Shown here in pieces: positions 29,776 through 39,486 of a stretch of 64,000 nt of DNA. The stretch is from a virus (Duplodnaviria; Caudoviricetes): positions 1-64,000 of IMG/VR virus record IMGVR_UViG_3300022654_000026; one strand, 5' to 3'. Each line of letters opens with the position of its first letter. Position 1 is the stretch's first letter. The position numbers were made by a program, and so were the translations under genes. The notes beneath the pieces were generated by a model that was not told the DNA's origin, ran no database searches, and saw nothing but the letters and a program-made list of their open reading frames with translations.

Positions 29776-30602
29776 TGGCTAAAAAATTATATGAAGAAGA
29801 AAATATAAGAGCTATTGCAGAAAGAATTCGCCAAAACGCAGCAGCCTTAACAGCTCCTACATATACTGTAGCAGAAATGGCTCATGGTGTCGATTTAGTC
29901 TATAGTGAAGGATTTGATAACGGATACTACGAAGGTGAAGGAATAGGTTATCAAGATGGCTGGGATATGGGCTGGGATGATGGCTGGGGATATGGATATA
30001 CTTGTGGTGAAGAAGATGGTTGGGAATGGGGTTTTAATGACGGTTATGACGCAGGTGTAGAAGACAGTGCAGCATCTGGAATTAAAGAATTTTTAAAGAA
30101 ATATCAGAAAAATGGCGACAGAACTGATTATAACTACGCATTTCGTGGTGATTGGTGGGATGACACTACATTTCAGCCAACATATAATATTGTTTGCGAT
30201 TCCGCTAAAAGTATTTTTGAAGAAAGCGGAATAAGCACAATACCTGTTACGCTTGATATTTCAAATTGTCTTAATTTAGAGTATGCTTTTAATGCTTGTT
30301 GCGTAGAAACAATTAAAGAAATGATTGTTTCAGAGAAAACTGAATTTGATATCACAACCTTTATAATTGCTGAATCTCTTAAAAATGTGACGGTAACTGG
30401 AGTAATAGGCAAAGATTTATTTATGGGTAATTGTTATTTCCTTTCTTATGATAGCATTGTTTCTATCATAAACGCATTGTCTAATACTACCTCTGGATTA
30501 AGTGTTACATTCTCCGAAGAGGCAAAATTGGATGCATTTGTGGATGACGAGTGGGAAGCATTAGTTGCCACTAAACCCAACTGGACTATATCGCTTATAT
30601 AA
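29775..30602 (+). CDS. Fibre-tip protein with GxxxG repeats and an LRR-like C-terminus
   Basis: GYYEG/GYQDG/GWDDG repeats; LDISNCLNLEYAF; LSYDSIVSIINAL...NWTISL. Confidence 0.55.
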   Translation: MAKKLYEEENIRAIAERIRQNAAALTAPTYTVAEMAHGVDLVYSEGFDNGYYEGEGIGYQDGWDMGWDDGWGYGYTCGEEDGWEWGFNDGYDAGVEDSAASGIKEFLKKYQKNGDRTDYNYAFRGDWWDDTTFQPTYNIVCDSAKSIFEESGISTIPVTLDISNCLNLEYAFNACCVETIKEMIVSEKTEFDITTFIIAESLKNVTVTGVIGKDLFMGNCYFLSYDSIVSIINALSNTTSGLSVTFSEEAKLDAFVDDEWEALVATKPNWTISLI

Positions 30603-30616
30603 GGAGAAATATAAAT

Positions 30617-30787
30617 ATGAGAAATGTAATTACAGCAACAGAAGGACATATTCTAACTGATGGTCATGTATATGGAAAGGTTATTTACCTTGCCGAGGGT
30701 GTAGATGTGTCTACTTTCTATGAAATAACAAAAGAAGAATATCGTGAGATTATCGGCAGAAAAGAAGCAGAACGAATAAATAATTAA
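30617..30787 (+). CDS. Small hypothetical protein, 56 aa (MRNVITATEGHILTDG...); absent from the ORF track
   Basis: Translated by hand; SD AAGGAG; FYEITKEEY motif. Confidence 0.65.
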   Translation: MRNVITATEGHILTDGHVYGKVIYLAEGVDVSTFYEITKEEYREIIGRKEAERINN

Positions 30788-30804
30788 TAAAGGAGGAATT
30801 TATT

Positions 30805-33174
30805 ATGTCAACTACGATTAAAACAGGTTGGCTAAATGATAAAAATGGAGATAAATTTGCTCCTAAAACACTAACATCGCAAGTGCAAACTAGTGATGGA
30901 ACTTTAATTGAAGATAAGATTGCTCAAGATATACAGAAAGCTTTAGATACTATTGAAATTCCAGATGTAACAGGTTATGCAAAGTTAGAGGATATTCCTA
31001 CTAATGTATCGTCTTTTAATAACGATGCTGGCTATTTAACAGAACATCAATCTCTTGCTGGCTATGCTACAGAAAAGTATGTAGATGATGCGGTTAGTAA
31101 TAAAGCTGACACGAATCACAATCATGATGAATTATATGATAAAAAAGGTTCTGCAGAACAAGTTAAAAATGATCTTCTTAACGGGGCTGGACCTGCATAT
31201 GATACTCTAAAAGAGCTTGGCAGTCTAATTGCTGAAAACGTTGATGCAATAGAAGCATTAGAAACTATTGCAACAAACAAAGCAGATAAAGTTCATAATC
31301 ATGATGAGTTATATGATCCTATTGGTTCTGCTGCTGCAGTTGAAGCAAAGATGGTAGTAACAAAGGGTTCAGGTGATAATTCAGTTCAGCAAGTTAAAAC
31401 AAATGCTCAAGCATTAGGAATCGATTCTGCAGCTTTCAATAACTCTATTGCAGGGTGTAGAGGTTATAGGTATAAAGGTATTGATCTCGTAGATCATAAG
31501 ATTTTTCTTACAGCAGATGACAATATTACTTATCAAGACATAAAGTTTACAAAAGATGAACGTTTTGATGAAAATACACTTAACTCATTGATTGACTACA
31601 ACATGGATGTAACAGATAAAGGAGATAGCAACGGTGGTTATTCCGTGGGAGATGTTTTCACATTAAAAACACGATCCATTGATCTTGATATGATTGGAAC
31701 AATCACTCATATCCAGAATAATATAATAACTTTTGCTCCTGGAACTGCTATCGATGATTTAACATTAGGGGACATTCAAAAAGAAGATACATATTCTGAT
31801 AGATATAGCTTCTTTGTTCCTAGTAAACCACATGTAGGTGCTGTTTGTGTTTCTGATAACTCAGCTGCTTTCGGTGCTAGTGTCGACACTATAAATGCTG
31901 CTACGGGTCGTTTTTCATTTGTAGCTGGTCGTGATAATCTTGCCTATGGTGATAATGGTATTGCTATGGGTCGTGAATGCGTAGCTGATTATTCAGCTAT
32001 AGCTCTCGGACAACAAAGTTCTGCTCTCTCAAAGAGAAGCGTCGCTATTGGTTTTAATAATGTGGTTACTGGAGATAGAGCTATTGCTATTGGCTTAAAT
32101 CTTGTTAATGACGCTCCTCTTTCTTTTGCTGCTGGAGCTAGTAATGAAAATACAGCTAATGCTCGTCATTCGTTTACAGCAGGTCTTTTAAATACAGTAA
32201 ATCATCCTGGATCTGTCATGTTGGGCCGAGTTAATGGAACAAGTACTGCTGAAGACCAAACTATTATTGGTAGAGGTGCTAAAAATGAAGGCACAGAAAA
32301 TGCACTATTTATTATTGGTAATGGAGCAATAACAAGTACACCTTCCAACACTTCTATTAAAGATCGAGATCGTTCTAATGCATTTGTAGTTTGGAATGAT
32401 GGTAGAACAACAATAGGGGCTGCACCGACAGATGGCATGGATGCTACCAATAAAGATTATGTAGATAACAGTATTAACAATGCTAAAACCGAGCTTAGTA
32501 CTGCTATTAATAAAATACCTTTAATACAAGGTGATAAAGTAGGCTCAGCTCAAGGAGCAGCAAGTAGTAGTGGTTCAGCCACAGGAAAAAGAAGTTTTGC
32601 GTTTGGATATTTAGCTGAAGCTAGTTCTGATAATACCATTGCAATGGGATCTGAGGCAAAAGCTACAGCAACAAGTGCGATAGCATTAGGAAACTTTACT
32701 AAAGCAAATGGTGCTCATAGTTTTGCTGTTGGATATGAAGCGCAAGCCAATGGAAACCATAGTGTAGTAATGGGTAGAGGGTCTCAAACAAGTGGTTTGT
32801 ATACTTATGCAATAGGTCATGGATTAAAGACAAAAGCACCAGAAGATGGCAATAAACAAATGGATCAAGTTATTGTGGGTACTTATAATGACCCTATAGA
32901 TGCTAGCCCTGCTGATAAGTCTACATCTGGAGCTAGATTTGTTGTTGGTATTGGAACAACAGATACAACTCGTAAAAATGGTTTAGTTGTATGGGGAGAT
33001 GGCCGCGTAACGGTTGGTACAAGCCCAACTGAAAATATGGACGTGGTAACCTTAGAATATCTTCAAAGTCAATTAGGCGCAATCGCACAAGAAAACGAGT
33101 TAATTACAGTAGAAGATATTGATGCTATCTGTGGAACCAATATGGTGACGGCAAATGACGAGGTGAAATTCTGA
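30805..33174 (+). CDS. YadA-head-like adhesin/fibre protein
   Basis: FAPKT N-terminus, NDAGYLTEHQSL, HNHDELYD x2, YDTLKEL, beta-roll repeats; paralog of 27985..29775. Confidence 0.65.
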   Translation: MSTTIKTGWLNDKNGDKFAPKTLTSQVQTSDGTLIEDKIAQDIQKALDTIEIPDVTGYAKLEDIPTNVSSFNNDAGYLTEHQSLAGYATEKYVDDAVSNKADTNHNHDELYDKKGSAEQVKNDLLNGAGPAYDTLKELGSLIAENVDAIEALETIATNKADKVHNHDELYDPIGSAAAVEAKMVVTKGSGDNSVQQVKTNAQALGIDSAAFNNSIAGCRGYRYKGIDLVDHKIFLTADDNITYQDIKFTKDERFDENTLNSLIDYNMDVTDKGDSNGGYSVGDVFTLKTRSIDLDMIGTITHIQNNIITFAPGTAIDDLTLGDIQKEDTYSDRYSFFVPSKPHVGAVCVSDNSAAFGASVDTINAATGRFSFVAGRDNLAYGDNGIAMGRECVADYSAIALGQQSSALSKRSVAIGFNNVVTGDRAIAIGLNLVNDAPLSFAAGASNENTANARHSFTAGLLNTVNHPGSVMLGRVNGTSTAEDQTIIGRGAKNEGTENALFIIGNGAITSTPSNTSIKDRDRSNAFVVWNDGRTTIGAAPTDGMDATNKDYVDNSINNAKTELSTAINKIPLIQGDKVGSAQGAASSSGSATGKRSFAFGYLAEASSDNTIAMGSEAKATATSAIALGNFTKANGAHSFAVGYEAQANGNHSVVMGRGSQTSGLYTYAIGHGLKTKAPEDGNKQMDQVIVGTYNDPIDASPADKSTSGARFVVGIGTTDTTRKNGLVVWGDGRVTVGTSPTENMDVVTLEYLQSQLGAIAQENELITVEDIDAICGTNMVTANDEVKF

Positions 33175-33605
33175 TGAGCAAAGTAATTGTTGACAGAGAA
33201 GATATGGTTTCAATTGCCGACGCTGTAAGAAGTAAAACCGGAACAACGGCTGAAATGTCTATTCCAGAAATAGTTGTTGGTATAGAAGGGATTACTGGCG
33301 GTACAAGCAGTGCGTCTGATATTGGTGTATTTACGATTGATAATAGTGCAGTAGCAAATGTCAATTTTTTGTTTCTAAAAGGTATGACGTTCGAAGATTT
33401 GGCAACTTCTAAAATCAATATTTCATATTATAATGAAGAATTAAATATATCTACGTATTATGTAACAATCGGTAACGGTATGGTAGAGATTAATGATGGA
33501 GGAGGCCTGTCCTTCATTTGGGCGCTCTCAAATGATGGAGATTCTTTCGTAGAGCCAGTAGAACCTATTGAAGAAAAAACATATCTTACACGCGATGTTT
33601 GGTGA
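33174..33605 (+). CDS. Small fibre-tip protein
   Basis: N-terminal IADAVRSKTGTTAEMS motif related to the 29775 N-terminus; TGATG coupling. Confidence 0.55.
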   Translation: MSKVIVDREDMVSIADAVRSKTGTTAEMSIPEIVVGIEGITGGTSSASDIGVFTIDNSAVANVNFLFLKGMTFEDLATSKINISYYNEELNISTYYVTIGNGMVEINDGGGLSFIWALSNDGDSFVEPVEPIEEKTYLTRDVW

Positions 33606-33624
33606 TTAAAAGGAGGTAAAACAT

Positions 33625-34914
33625 ATGGCAAATCAATCAATTTTCGCCGCATTTGAGCGAATGTGGGCACATGTAGTTAATGCTCTTGGTGGTAAAGCAG
33701 ATGTTGGTCACACTCATACAGAATACATGTTTGCTTCAGACCCAGTTGGCACTGGGTCTTTTTCTATGAATAGAAAGACTGGTAGTGTTATTGGATCAAA
33801 CTCTCATGCTGAAGGGCTTGATACTATTGCATCTGGCGACGGCTCTCATGCTGAAGGGCTTTGTACTATTGCATCTGGCGTCACTTCTCATGCAGAGGGC
33901 ATGAGTACATGCACAACGTCGGATTCTACCGTTTCACCATCCGCATCTAGTTGGACTGATGCTGGAGCATGTGGTCATGCAGAAGGATACGGCACTGTAT
34001 CTTATGGTTTTGCATCTCATGCGGAGGGCAATGGAACAGATGCCGAAGGAAAGGCTTCTCACGCAGAAGGTCAGTTAACAAGAGCTCAGGGTGACTATTC
34101 TCATGCAGAGGGAATCGGTACAATCGCAGAGGGAGATGCTTCTCATGCAGAAGGAGTTGAAACGGAAGCCATCGGTACTGCTTCTCATGCTGAGGGAAAT
34201 AAGACTAGTGCATTTCAATATCAACATGTACAAGGACATTATAATTATAATATTGCAGAAGGTTCTATTGCTGGAACAGAAGGAGTAGCTTTTGTAATCG
34301 GCAATGGCGCACCCGGTCATCTTTCAAATGCATTCCGTGTAGATTACAACGGTGTACCATATGCACAGTCTTATTTGGTAGCTTCTGGTGCCGACTATGC
34401 CGAGTTTTTTGAGTGGCAAGACTTGAATCCAAACGATGAAGATAGACGTGGCTATTTCGTAACTCTTGATGGAGATAAGATTAAAATTGCAGAACCAAAC
34501 GACTATATTCTTGGTATCATCAGCGGTCTGCCCGCAGTAATTGGTAATGGAGACGAAAACTGGAGAGGAAGATATATTCTTGACGACTTTGGAGCGTTTA
34601 TTACTGAAGAGTTTGAATATGAAGAAGATGTTTTTGATAAAGAAACGGGCGAAAAGAAAACTGTGACAAAAACAGGAACCAAGTACAAAGAAAATCCGGA
34701 TTATGATCCTTCTCTTCCTTATATTCAGCGTAAAGATAGACCAGAGTGGGATGCTGTCGGTATGTTTGGCGTCTTGGCCGTAAGAGATGACGGCACGTGT
34801 ACTGTTAACGGTTATTGCACAGTAGCAGAAGGCGGAATAGCAACAGCTTCTGAAAGCGGCTATAGAGTAATTAAAAGAGTTAGCGATAATGTTGTGAGGG
34901 TCGTTTTTAAATGA
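33625..34914 (+). CDS. Adhesin with SHAEG beta-roll repeats and a C-terminal intramolecular chaperone (peptidase G2-like) domain
   Basis: About ten (S/G)HAEG repeats; GADYAEFFEW...GYFVTLDG...RPEWDAVGMFG..VRDDG. Confidence 0.75.
   Translation: MANQSIFAAFERMWAHVVNALGGKADVGHTHTEYMFASDPVGTGSFSMNRKTGSVIGSNSHAEGLDTIASGDGSHAEGLCTIASGVTSHAEGMSTCTTSDSTVSPSASSWTDAGACGHAEGYGTVSYGFASHAEGNGTDAEGKASHAEGQLTRAQGDYSHAEGIGTIAEGDASHAEGVETEAIGTASHAEGNKTSAFQYQHVQGHYNYNIAEGSIAGTEGVAFVIGNGAPGHLSNAFRVDYNGVPYAQSYLVASGADYAEFFEWQDLNPNDEDRRGYFVTLDGDKIKIAEPNDYILGIISGLPAVIGNGDENWRGRYILDDFGAFITEEFEYEEDVFDKETGEKKTVTKTGTKYKENPDYDPSLPYIQRKDRPEWDAVGMFGVLAVRDDGTCTVNGYCTVAEGGIATASESGYRVIKRVSDNVVRVVFK
33801..33900 (+). repeat. 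42-bp tandem repeat encoding SHAEGLxTIASG units
   Basis: ctctcatgctgaagggcttgatactattgcatctggcg repeated almost exactly, plus a partial third copy. Confidence 0.75.
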
Positions 34915-34950
34915 CCCTCCAACGCATTTTTTATGAAAGGGGTGAGTCTA

Positions 34951-35265
34951 TTGATTCGAGCTACATGTCAACAATTTAGATTTAAGTTACCTTATAAAAA
35001 AGAAGACATAAAAAAGGTGCAAATAACATTCTGGCAAGAAGATAACCCTGCGTTACCAATTACAAAGGGTATAGAAGACTGTATGGGAGATCCAGATTCT
35101 AAGGAACTGTATGTAGAGCTTGATCAGGTTGCAACTGCGGCTTTTAAAACAGACAGAAAAGCATTTGTGCAGCTCAGAGGATTAACGATCAACGATTTTG
35201 TTTTCGGTAGTCGTGTTATGCCTATCACTGTATATCCGGTCAAAGACGACACCATTTTAGAGTGA
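34951..35265 (+). CDS. Small BppU-N-like adaptor (start TTG 34951 or ATG 34933)
   Basis: IRAT....F.LP...ITFWQ...LDQ..T..F...FVQLR pattern; SD GGGGTG before TTG. Confidence 0.45.
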   Translation: MIRATCQQFRFKLPYKKEDIKKVQITFWQEDNPALPITKGIEDCMGDPDSKELYVELDQVATAAFKTDRKAFVQLRGLTINDFVFGSRVMPITVYPVKDDTILE

Positions 35266-35275
35266 GGTGTTTACT

Positions 35276-38200
35276 ATGGATGAAAAGGTTAAAGTCGTTG
35301 AAGAACCTATTGTAATTCAAACAGTAGCAAAATCCATGGACACCGAAATAAAAGAAGAAATACAAGAAGTTTCCGTCCAGACCGTATCTACGGCAAACAT
35401 AGAAGTAGAGGACGAAAATATTATTGATATTGAAATGTCTGAAGCTTTTCCATTTATGACGAATGGGGCACTGAATGAGGCCATGGATGATAAGGATGTT
35501 CTTCTTGATGGTGGATTGGCTATTGATAAGAATGCCGAGTTTGTGGCTTTGCAGGATTTGTTAGAGATTTCGGCAGACAGTGGAACTGTGTCCCATTCTC
35601 TTCTGCATGGAAGAAACCTGAGTAATCAGCATGAAATATCCGCTATAACTGGGTTGCGCAAAGAACTAAACGATCTAGGTGTTGCTGATCGCGTTTATTC
35701 TAATGAATCCGGACTTGGCGAATTCCGAAGATGGAGTGACGGAAATCCAGGTGGCGAAGATAGATCTGGATATTTTGTTACTATTTCTGATAACGGCTAT
35801 GACATAGAAATATGCGGTGAAGCACATGATGTTTACGGTATTTCCGTGAGCAGTAGTGGATTTGTCGGTAATCAGAACAGCGAGTACCAAAAAGGGAAAG
35901 ATATTGTAAACAACTATGCAAATAGCACTGCCTATTCTATCGTTGGTATTGTTGGTGCAATGCGGGTTCATACTGATGGCACTGCACGAAAAGGCGATTA
36001 TGTTGTTCCGGCTAGCGATGGAATGGCGACGCTTTCCAAGAACAGTTATGGCTACAAGGTGCTGTCAACGAGCAGTATTCTTGGTTATGAGTATGTAACA
36101 ATTGCTATTACACCTCAAAGTGATGCTCTGAGCCGCCTGCAAGAATCTGTGGCCGGTGGGGATTTGAGAGACTTATTTATTAAAATTGAGGACGTTGAAA
36201 TAAAAGTAAATGCTTCCGACAAAGATATTCAAGATATTATAGGCGAACTTGAGGATATGACCGTGAAAGTCACCACAGCGGATGAAGTAGCAAAAACTGC
36301 CATTAAAAATGCCGATGAAGCTATAAGCATAGCAACCAATGCGGCAACAGAAGCAAGGGATGTAGCACAAGAAGCAAAAGATGCCGCCGATGGAGCTATT
36401 CATGATGTTAGAACAGCTGTGGCCGATACAGTAAATTTGAAAAATGATTTGCAACCAATTATCGATTGGGGCGCCGATGATGATTATGGGGCAGCTAATG
36501 GTGTTCATGGGTTTATAACACAGGCAAATTCAGACCATAAAAAGTTGGTCTCACTGATGACTGGCGACTTTCCTGATGGTACAAGTCTTGCTGCCATTAT
36601 ACAAAAGGTCGATGCTAACGGCGCAATGATTCAACATTTAACATCTCACGTGGACAAATATAGTGTTGGCGAATATTCGGTTACTCATGGATTGACGTAC
36701 AATGAAGCAAAGTCAATCTTGTCACAAGAACATATTTATGTACCAACTAAAGAATATAAAGAAGTAATGGATGTCGTGGATGATGAAACCGGAGAAATCA
36801 ATGAAGAAACAATGTCGTTTGAATTTGAAACATCAGACACTCATTATTATAGATATAAATGGATTCCTTATAATGAAGATAAGCAGGATAGTGGTAAATG
36901 GGATAAGGAAAAGAGAATTGTAATAACTTCGGCCGAATATGTTAATGAGGACGATATAATAGACGAGTACGATAATAAGCTTGAAATTGGAGATTTATGG
37001 TATTGCATACGCGATGTTGATGACGTGCCGGTAGGAGTAAGTCCATTAAAAGGAGGAAATCTTTATATTTGGACTGGATACATGTGGGATTGGGTTGCAT
37101 CAAATGATGACAACTATCAAAGCCGTATTATTGCATCAATGAAGCAAACAGATAATTCTATTAGAGCAGACATCGTTGCTCTTGACGAAAGAGCCACCAG
37201 TATCGCGGCAGACGTTAACGGTATTACTACAAGCGTCACGGACGCAAATCGTAATATTAGCGCAATTCAGCAGAATGTTGAAACAATTACGGCTACCGTT
37301 CAAACAACAGAAAATGCTGTTGCTTCTGTTCAACAACAGGCCGATGAAACAGATGCGTCTTTAACTGCGATAACGTATGGTAGATTTCATGTAGTATATC
37401 ATTCTTATTTGGGTACTGCTCCAGACGTCGTTGAGGACGGAAAGAAATATAATAATAAACCAGTATGGAATGACGAAACAGGAATTTTTGAATTTGCAGA
37501 CTCAGATGAGGATGAGGATGAAAATGGTGCATATTATTTTACCAGCGACGATGAAACAAAGTATTGCGAAGTTGTATATGATGTAGATGGTGTAGAAGTT
37601 GGTTATAATATCTGGACCATAGGCAATAAAGCAACATCTATGATAGATAGTCGTATTAGCGAAGCCGAGGCAAGCATAAGCGAGTTAGTTGAATTTAAGA
37701 CAGAAACAACAGATTCTTTAGCTAATACAACGGCTCTGGCAAATGAAAATAAAGCGAGTATTACAAATCTGACTTCCCGTAATTACCATAAATTACTTAG
37801 AGTTAGTGAAGAAGAAGTTGCTATATATGGTGAATATAGATTCGCAAACCCACCAGAATGGAAGTCAACAACCAGAAAATATGAATTCGATATTGATGAT
37901 AGAATCGATGATGGCATTTATTATATGGCAGATGAAAATGATCAAACATATTGTCGTATTGTAACAGCATCTGATGGAACTGTTTTATATGAAATATATG
38001 GCGTTGTCATAGGCTCTATAGCTGCTGTTGAGCAAAAGGTAGAAGACAATAGCTCGTCTATTGGGTTAGTTGTTCAAAGAGTCGAGAAGGTTATTGACGA
38101 GAATGGTAATTTGACCGATGATTCAATATCGAGCAAGGGTAGCATAATTATTGAAGCTATTAATGGAGAATCTACTGCGACCATTGAGGCGGATCGCGTG

Positions 38201-39472
38201 AACATCGCGGCGTCTACTGTGATTAGTTCTATTGTAGATAATGGAGTAGTTACGCCAGCAAAGATTATTCAGTCTATTAACGGTGATACGTCTACGACTA
38301 CTATTAGTGCAGATAAAATTAATTTAGCTGCCTCATCAATGTTTAGTGCTGTGGTTGGTAAAGAAGACGATATTATTACTCCTGCAAGTATAGTGGCTGC
38401 CATTAATGGCTCTGAGTCTTCTGTTAAAATTGATGCAGATCATGTTGAAATTGACGCAGACAGCATTGACTTGAGCGCACATAAAATGTTTAAGGCTGTT
38501 GTTGGAGAAGACGGAGCTATTACGCCTGCAAGTATTGTAGCAGCTATTGATAATACTGATGGAACTTCAAAACTTTCTTTGTCTGCGGATCACATTGATT
38601 TTAAGTCATCTACAATGTTTAGCGCTATTGTAGACGATGACGGAAATATTACGCCTGCTAGTATTGTGGCCAAGATTAATGATGATACGTCTAACGTTAC
38701 AATAAATGCAGATAAAATAGATCTTAATGGATATGTTACGATTGATAATTTGCAAGACGGAAAGACTGTTATTAGCGGCTCTAATATTACAACAGGTACA
38801 ATTAATGCAAATCGCATTAGCTTATATGGAATTACTGTGAAACAGAAAATTACGCAGAACGGACAAACGGCAGACGGCGGCACTACATTTTCAATAGATG
38901 AAAGTGGCAATGTTACAATTAATGGAACGGTTCATATGGGCGCTGGCTCTACTATCAGTTGGGATAATGTAATTGGCTCAGGTGACAATGATCCAGTAAT
39001 GCTGGCGCAGAATGCAAATACAACTGCAAATGCTGCAAATCAACTGGCTGGTAATGCGAATATAACTGCAAATATTGCTAGTGGGAGTGCTAGCAGCGCC
39101 GTAGATATGGCTCAATCGATTGCTAGAGGAGAATATAAAGAAAATGAAAGTGGCAAAAATACATTTATTAGTGAACGTAAAATCTTTTCTCCTCAAATAT
39201 ATGCGAATGAATTTAATGCAATATCTACTGCTAGTGATGGTGGCGGCTCATTTAATCTATATGGTACATTTGGTGAAACAATGCATCATATGCTCCGAAT
39301 ATTGTATTCTAGAGGCGATTCTCCTAATGTTTCTTTTGGGTCTCCAGCTGGTGCGTATGGTTATTGGACGTTTCCAGTATCATATTTTCAAGGATATAAA
39401 TATTTTACTGGTACCGTAGATTTTTCAATGGCCACTGTAATTGGATTATCTGCCGTAGCAGTGTTTGGATAA
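35276..39472 (+). CDS. Large tail spike/fibre protein, ~1400 aa
   Basis: G2-like segment near the N-terminus, coiled coils, GDLWY motif, five ~38-aa TPASIVAAIN...I.AD.I repeats, ISGSNITTGTI. Confidence 0.6.
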   Translation: MDEKVKVVEEPIVIQTVAKSMDTEIKEEIQEVSVQTVSTANIEVEDENIIDIEMSEAFPFMTNGALNEAMDDKDVLLDGGLAIDKNAEFVALQDLLEISADSGTVSHSLLHGRNLSNQHEISAITGLRKELNDLGVADRVYSNESGLGEFRRWSDGNPGGEDRSGYFVTISDNGYDIEICGEAHDVYGISVSSSGFVGNQNSEYQKGKDIVNNYANSTAYSIVGIVGAMRVHTDGTARKGDYVVPASDGMATLSKNSYGYKVLSTSSILGYEYVTIAITPQSDALSRLQESVAGGDLRDLFIKIEDVEIKVNASDKDIQDIIGELEDMTVKVTTADEVAKTAIKNADEAISIATNAATEARDVAQEAKDAADGAIHDVRTAVADTVNLKNDLQPIIDWGADDDYGAANGVHGFITQANSDHKKLVSLMTGDFPDGTSLAAIIQKVDANGAMIQHLTSHVDKYSVGEYSVTHGLTYNEAKSILSQEHIYVPTKEYKEVMDVVDDETGEINEETMSFEFETSDTHYYRYKWIPYNEDKQDSGKWDKEKRIVITSAEYVNEDDIIDEYDNKLEIGDLWYCIRDVDDVPVGVSPLKGGNLYIWTGYMWDWVASNDDNYQSRIIASMKQTDNSIRADIVALDERATSIAADVNGITTSVTDANRNISAIQQNVETITATVQTTENAVASVQQQADETDASLTAITYGRFHVVYHSYLGTAPDVVEDGKKYNNKPVWNDETGIFEFADSDEDEDENGAYYFTSDDETKYCEVVYDVDGVEVGYNIWTIGNKATSMIDSRISEAEASISELVEFKTETTDSLANTTALANENKASITNLTSRNYHKLLRVSEEEVAIYGEYRFANPPEWKSTTRKYEFDIDDRIDDGIYYMADENDQTYCRIVTASDGTVLYEIYGVVIGSIAAVEQKVEDNSSSIGLVVQRVEKVIDENGNLTDDSISSKGSIIIEAINGESTATIEADRVNIAASTVISSIVDNGVVTPAKIIQSINGDTSTTTISADKINLAASSMFSAVVGKEDDIITPASIVAAINGSESSVKIDADHVEIDADSIDLSAHKMFKAVVGEDGAITPASIVAAIDNTDGTSKLSLSADHIDFKSSTMFSAIVDDDGNITPASIVAKINDDTSNVTINADKIDLNGYVTIDNLQDGKTVISGSNITTGTINANRISLYGITVKQKITQNGQTADGGTTFSIDESGNVTINGTVHMGAGSTISWDNVIGSGDNDPVMLAQNANTTANAANQLAGNANITANIASGSASSAVDMAQSIARGEYKENESGKNTFISERKIFSPQIYANEFNAISTASDGGGSFNLYGTFGETMHHMLRILYSRGDSPNVSFGSPAGAYGYWTFPVSYFQGYKYFTGTVDFSMATVIGLSAVAVFG

Positions 39473-39486
39473 GGTGGTGAGCGTAG

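Noticed and set aside
8900-33174. Shared C-terminal E-V dipeptide in many proteins (EVVG, EVAFV, EVSV, EVAY, EVKF)
   Set aside because: Largely explained by the overlapping GAGGTG SD of the next gene; kept only where extra pairing evidence exists
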